Shown: positions 60,220-64,000 of the stretch, piece by piece
How positions within the stretch are numbered: position 1 is the stretch's first letter
How the letters are laid out: each line of letters begins with the position of its first letter
Assembly: GCA_041660065.1 (NCBI GenBank)
Contig: JBAZXC010000002.1
Location: 25,084 to 89,083, forward strand
Origin: Parcubacteria group bacterium
GTDB lineage: Bacteria > Patescibacteriota > Minisyncoccia > Moranbacterales > GCA-2747515
DNA: 64,000 nucleotides
Reading direction: 5' to 3'
The notes under the pieces: model-generated
Seen by the model: the letters and a program-made list of their open reading frames with translations, nothing else
Database searches by the model: none
What the model was told of the DNA's origin: nothing
Made by a program: the position numbers and the translations under genes

Positions 60220-62664
60220 TTATTTGACGAGTTCTTGTGTCCACGTCGGCACAGGCGATACCTGTGTTTGATCATTTGCATATTGCCACTCTTTCCACTT
60301 TTCATCCGTCAACCGTTCGCCGATTGGATGTGTGAATTCATAATATGCATACACCAACCCCTTGGTCAGACGCACACCGTTTGCATCTTTGACCGCGACA
60401 TAGATATAATTTGGGATCCCTGTTGCTTCATAGAGGATCTCCCCCGAAATCATATCCGTATGCACATCTGCAATGAGTGCCGCACGTGCTTGGTCTTCTG
60501 TACCGTCTTCACCCGGCAGTGGACGGATCACGCTATTGAGTTGTGCCGGCTCCCTGCGCAATCGCTCAAACTCGTCATCGCTGATCGTTTGATTTGCCAA
60601 TTCTTTAACCGCAATGTCGCGGAAAAAATTTACACTCGCGACAAAACTATCCGTACGTCCGACAAACTCATTTGGCAATAATTGTCGACTTTCCAAACCG
60701 GTACGCGTCATCTTTGTCAAAGCCAGTAAGCGATCATAAAACTCGATATTTGGCTCGACATACCCCTTCGGCACAGGTGGTGGCGTCTCCTCATTGAATC
60801 CCGCGCCCATTTCCGCATAGGATTGTTTTGCATAGAGAAGCGTATCGTGCTTAAGCTCTGTCCATGAGCCAAGTGCGCTCTGCAGGTTCTTTTTGTCCCA
60901 CTGCGCGCTTTGCACAAACATCGGATATCCTGCGAGATTCTCATGATTTCTAAAGAGCGACGTGATCGTATACAACCATGACCAATAAATATTTTGCGTC
61001 CATGCCTTATCATCAAGTGCGCCAAAATGTTGTTCCAGTTGACCCATTTTTTTTGCAAGAACATTTTTTGATGCGGGCGCATTTTGTGCGATCCACTGAT
61101 CCGTAAGTGGTTGCGCCGTATCATTGCCCAATACCGTCATCACCTGCAATGCCGTCGGCATTGATGGCAATTTCTCACCTGTTTCCGGATCCGGCTTTTC
61201 ATCACCTTGTGTCAATGTGGAAAAGACAAATGCGTCCGGCGTAAACCTCTGTCCCATGAAACGGAAACCTTTGGTGGTGTTTTGCAATTCTTCCTTTGTC
61301 ATATCTGTCACTTTTTGACCCACGGCAACCGATGACATAATTTGTGGATTTTTATAATTCTTCATTTTCTCTTGCATCTTGGCGATGCTCACCGTATCAA
61401 ATGCGATATTTTTGCCAAAAACCTGCTCCATCGCACCGGCATATTCCGTGATGCCCAAGTCGTCGCTCTCCCCGACAAAAAATGCTGTCGGGATATAGAT
61501 ATCGTCCCATGCCTTACGCAACTGCGCGTCCTGCATCATGAGCGTGATATTCATCGCATCCCGCGTCAATTCCGGACTGCTTGCCAACAAGTTCTGTCGC
61601 CCATACCACATCATTGCACGAAAGTAGGTGCGAAGTACAGCATTTTTATTGTAATGACTACGCGGACCAAACTGCGTGTAATCCTCCGGCATCGCAACAC
61701 CCTGCGCCTGGCGATACGCGCCATACAACGGTGAATCTTGTATTTCTTTTGCCGCCATGATCAATGTAATCTCCGCCTTTGCATCATTGTATGATCTTTC
61801 CGGAATGGATGCACGACGCTTCTCCACATTTGCCATGATCCGCTCTGCTGCGTCACTCTGCGTATTGGTAAAATTCTCAGCAGAAAAATCCTCATACGCA
61901 GATTCCAAAATTGCCGTCGGCACCAAGAAGTATGCGATCAGACGTTGGTAACTCTCTTTCTTATCCTGTTCATTGCTCTTGTTGTATGCCGTAATTGAAT
62001 TCTCGAGAAGTGTCTGACTCAATGTGACCAAGCGTGGATAAAATTCTTTTTGTTCGATGTATTCGAATTCTTTTTCCAATAACCGATGATACACATGCAA
62101 CAGATAATCACTGCTCACGAACACCGCATTTTCCGGCAGACGCCCTCCCGCATCCCATGCGCCTCCGATCTCATCATACAACTGCGTCCAATCATCCGTG
62201 CGCATACTGATCGCTTTCGGATCATCGCCAAAAAACCGATCTGTATTTTTTTGTATGAAAAAATAACTTTTTTCCAATGCGGTCTTTTGCTCTGCGCTAA
62301 ACGCCTTTTTGGTTGCTTTTTCAAATGCACCGAGATTTGGCAGTTCTTTCACAGCGATCGTATATGATGGCACTTGCGCAACATACGGCGTCTCCTCCAG
62401 TTCAAACGGCGCAAAAACAAATTTACTGGACGTCATAAAAGGCACTTCTCCCTGTCCGGTCACCGCACCGGAGGTGACATCCTTGTCGGTCGATCCTCCA
62501 TCATTCACAGTTCCCTGATCGCTTCTTTGTATAAAAAAGTAATACGCAAAGCCAAACGAAACCATGCACAAAAAAACAATACTCCCGACGATAATAGCTA
62601 CGCGCATCCGTGATGACTTTTGTGTTTCCGCAGGCTGTTGCACACCTTGCTCGTTCTCGTTCAT
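60220..62664 (-). CDS. DUF3160-like membrane-anchored protein
   Basis: DYTQF.PRSHY, YFRAMMWYG, FMGQRFTPD, SWTELKHDTLLYAKQ, GYVEP, RLTDE.W; start set at MNENEQ. Confidence 0.8.
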   Translation of the reverse strand: MNENEQGVQQPAETQKSSRMRVAIIVGSIVFLCMVSFGFAYYFFIQRSDQGTVNDGGSTDKDVTSGAVTGQGEVPFMTSSKFVFAPFELEETPYVAQVPSYTIAVKELPNLGAFEKATKKAFSAEQKTALEKSYFFIQKNTDRFFGDDPKAISMRTDDWTQLYDEIGGAWDAGGRLPENAVFVSSDYLLHVYHRLLEKEFEYIEQKEFYPRLVTLSQTLLENSITAYNKSNEQDKKESYQRLIAYFLVPTAILESAYEDFSAENFTNTQSDAAERIMANVEKRRASIPERSYNDAKAEITLIMAAKEIQDSPLYGAYRQAQGVAMPEDYTQFGPRSHYNKNAVLRTYFRAMMWYGRQNLLASSPELTRDAMNITLMMQDAQLRKAWDDIYIPTAFFVGESDDLGITEYAGAMEQVFGKNIAFDTVSIAKMQEKMKNYKNPQIMSSVAVGQKVTDMTKEELQNTTKGFRFMGQRFTPDAFVFSTLTQGDEKPDPETGEKLPSMPTALQVMTVLGNDTAQPLTDQWIAQNAPASKNVLAKKMGQLEQHFGALDDKAWTQNIYWSWLYTITSLFRNHENLAGYPMFVQSAQWDKKNLQSALGSWTELKHDTLLYAKQSYAEMGAGFNEETPPPVPKGYVEPNIEFYDRLLALTKMTRTGLESRQLLPNEFVGRTDSFVASVNFFRDIAVKELANQTISDDEFERLRREPAQLNSVIRPLPGEDGTEDQARAALIADVHTDMISGEILYEATGIPNYIYVAVKDANGVRLTKGLVYAYYEFTHPIGERLTDEKWKEWQYANDQTQVSPVPTWTQELVK

Positions 62665-62808
62665 ATTTTTTGTATTACATTTTATATGTGCATTATACCA
62701 CATCAGAAAGCACTAAATTGAGAATTTTTCACGCAACACAACATTCATTTTTTTAAATCGCTGTACAAACATTTGAAAACCGAGAGAGAATACCGTTTCA
62801 AAATACAA

Positions 62809-62839
62809 AAAAAGGGCTCCAAGCAACACTCAGAGCCCT
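62809..62839 (-). terminator. Putative terminator
   Basis: agggctc ... gagccct stem with a T-run on the minus strand. Confidence 0.5.
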
Positions 62840-62861
62840 CCATTTCAGCGGATTTTTCCGC

Positions 62862-63101
62862 CTACTTTTTCTTTCTTTTCTTTTTTTTCTTACCGAACGT
62901 AAAGTTCAACGCTCCCCGGACAGCACCTTCTACGACACTCTTGGAGAACACATACGCTTCCGTGTTTGATATGCCGGTCAGACGGGCAAAGCGCTTAATG
63001 CTTTTCTTCACCCGTTTGGGATCAAAGGTGTCGACACCCTCATCCTTCATTTCACCTTTGACATAGCGCCACGCGATTTCGTTCCGTCTTTTTTTCTTCA
63101 A
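62862..63101 (-). CDS. Small basic hypothetical protein
   Basis: SD GGAGGT 5 nt before TTG; followed by its own terminator; Lys-rich termini. Confidence 0.65.
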   Translation of the reverse strand: MKKKRRNEIAWRYVKGEMKDEGVDTFDPKRVKKSIKRFARLTGISNTEAYVFSKSVVEGAVRGALNFTFGKKKKKRKKK

Positions 63102-63188
63102 AACATACCTCCATTATATTTTTGAAAAAATTACCCTGTCCTTTGACCACCAAAGAACGACTTATCGTATCACAGAAAACGCATTTCG

Positions 63189-63641
63189 TCAATCATGCGC
63201 AAAGACTCTTGCCAAAAAGATCATACCGATTGGCAAAATGATCATTTGCATGACGGGAAGAAGCCCCACATGCGCCACTGGGATCAGTGGCATTGCGCTA
63301 TTATACACCCACCGCCCTTGTGCAAGCGCGAGCTTTTCAACAAGAACGGCAAGTGCACATCCTACAAAAACACAATATAAAAATATCCACATATTTCGTT
63401 GCATCACCCACCGCACATCACGAAATATCATTGCACCGAAAAGATAGCCGATACCCACGATTACCACATCCCCAAGAGACGCCCTGACATGCACGATGAT
63501 AAATTCATAGAGACCCTGATAATGCGGGGCATATAAAAACGACTGACCCATCTCCCATAGAAGGTTTACCACCAAAACAATAGCAAAGATCATTCCGTAT
63601 GTTTTGATCTTTGTATATCTCATCTCATTGATCTTTGTCAT
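63189..63641 (-). CDS. Hypothetical membrane protein
   Basis: Four hydrophobic segments; WE..Q..LY, GD, E, W.Y...MP motifs. Confidence 0.75.
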   Translation of the reverse strand: MTKINEMRYTKIKTYGMIFAIVLVVNLLWEMGQSFLYAPHYQGLYEFIIVHVRASLGDVVIVGIGYLFGAMIFRDVRWVMQRNMWIFLYCVFVGCALAVLVEKLALAQGRWVYNSAMPLIPVAHVGLLPVMQMIILPIGMIFLARVFAHD

Positions 63642-63994
63642 TTTTTCATGTCATCCAATTTCATCCGCAGCGCTATCTCAAATTTTTGTATGATCCTCTG
63701 TTCTTCTTCATCAGTAAACTCTGTATTGCCATCCACACTGACCAGGAGGAAATAGTCCGGCACAGACACATCATCCTGCATGTACGAAGGAAAATGATCA
63801 AGCTTATACGCATGCCCGCCATACTCGAACGAGATCAGTTCGCCATTGAATTTTCTTTCTCTTTCCTGTATTTCTAGATTGTGTATATCGGAAACTATTT
63901 TCTGCGCTTCCTGCGCCAATACTTCTACACCCATATCAAACGCCGCCTCCCGCCCTTCCGCCAATCGTTCTTCTGACGGCTTAACAAACCCCAT
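63638..63994 (-). CDS. Hypothetical protein
   Basis: 118-aa ORF whose stop overlaps the next start (ATGA). Confidence 0.6.
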   Translation of the reverse strand: MGFVKPSEERLAEGREAAFDMGVEVLAQEAQKIVSDIHNLEIQERERKFNGELISFEYGGHAYKLDHFPSYMQDDVSVPDYFLLVSVDGNTEFTDEEEQRIIQKFEIALRMKLDDMKK

Positions 63995-64000
63995 TTTTTT

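Overview
64 kb of bacterial chromosome, most likely a Patescibacteria/CPR (Parcubacteria-like) genome. This taxonomy is inferred from a monoderm-type type IV pilus set with no secretin in the window, small GIY-YIG and four-helix-bundle genes beside tRNAs, and sparse Shine-Dalgarno use. Almost every gene is on the minus strand. In order: a DEAD-box helicase, a methyltransferase, a three-tRNA cluster, gatA/gatC and ligA. Next is a ~32 kb type IV pilus locus (pilM-N-O-B-receiver-T-C, major pilin, second pilin, pilD, four minor pilins). It is split between two paralogous pilins by a ~19.5 kb glycosylation block: two GT-C-like membrane proteins, a polyprenol-phosphate GT2, several GT2/GT4 enzymes, a frameshifted flippase, six methyltransferases, and CapA-like and asparagine-synthase-like genes. 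After it come recA, rodZ-like, ftsK, an ECF sigma module, mscL, manC-like, a P-type ATPase, a fur/zur-znuACB operon, an MFS transporter, and MEMO1- and DUF3160-like genes. Four signals are most unusual. (1) A four-helix-bundle ORF is enclosed by complementary heptamer arrays that contain its start and stop codons, and similar ORF-less arrays sit at several pil and housekeeping gene junctions. (2) The pilin-bracketed glycan cassette carries visible recombination scars. (3) A ~154-nt intergenic hairpin has G-U pairs only on the strand antisense to its neighbours. (4) An initiator-type tRNA lacks one of the three conserved anticodon-stem G-C pairs. All protein calls come from motif recognition by eye; no searches were run.
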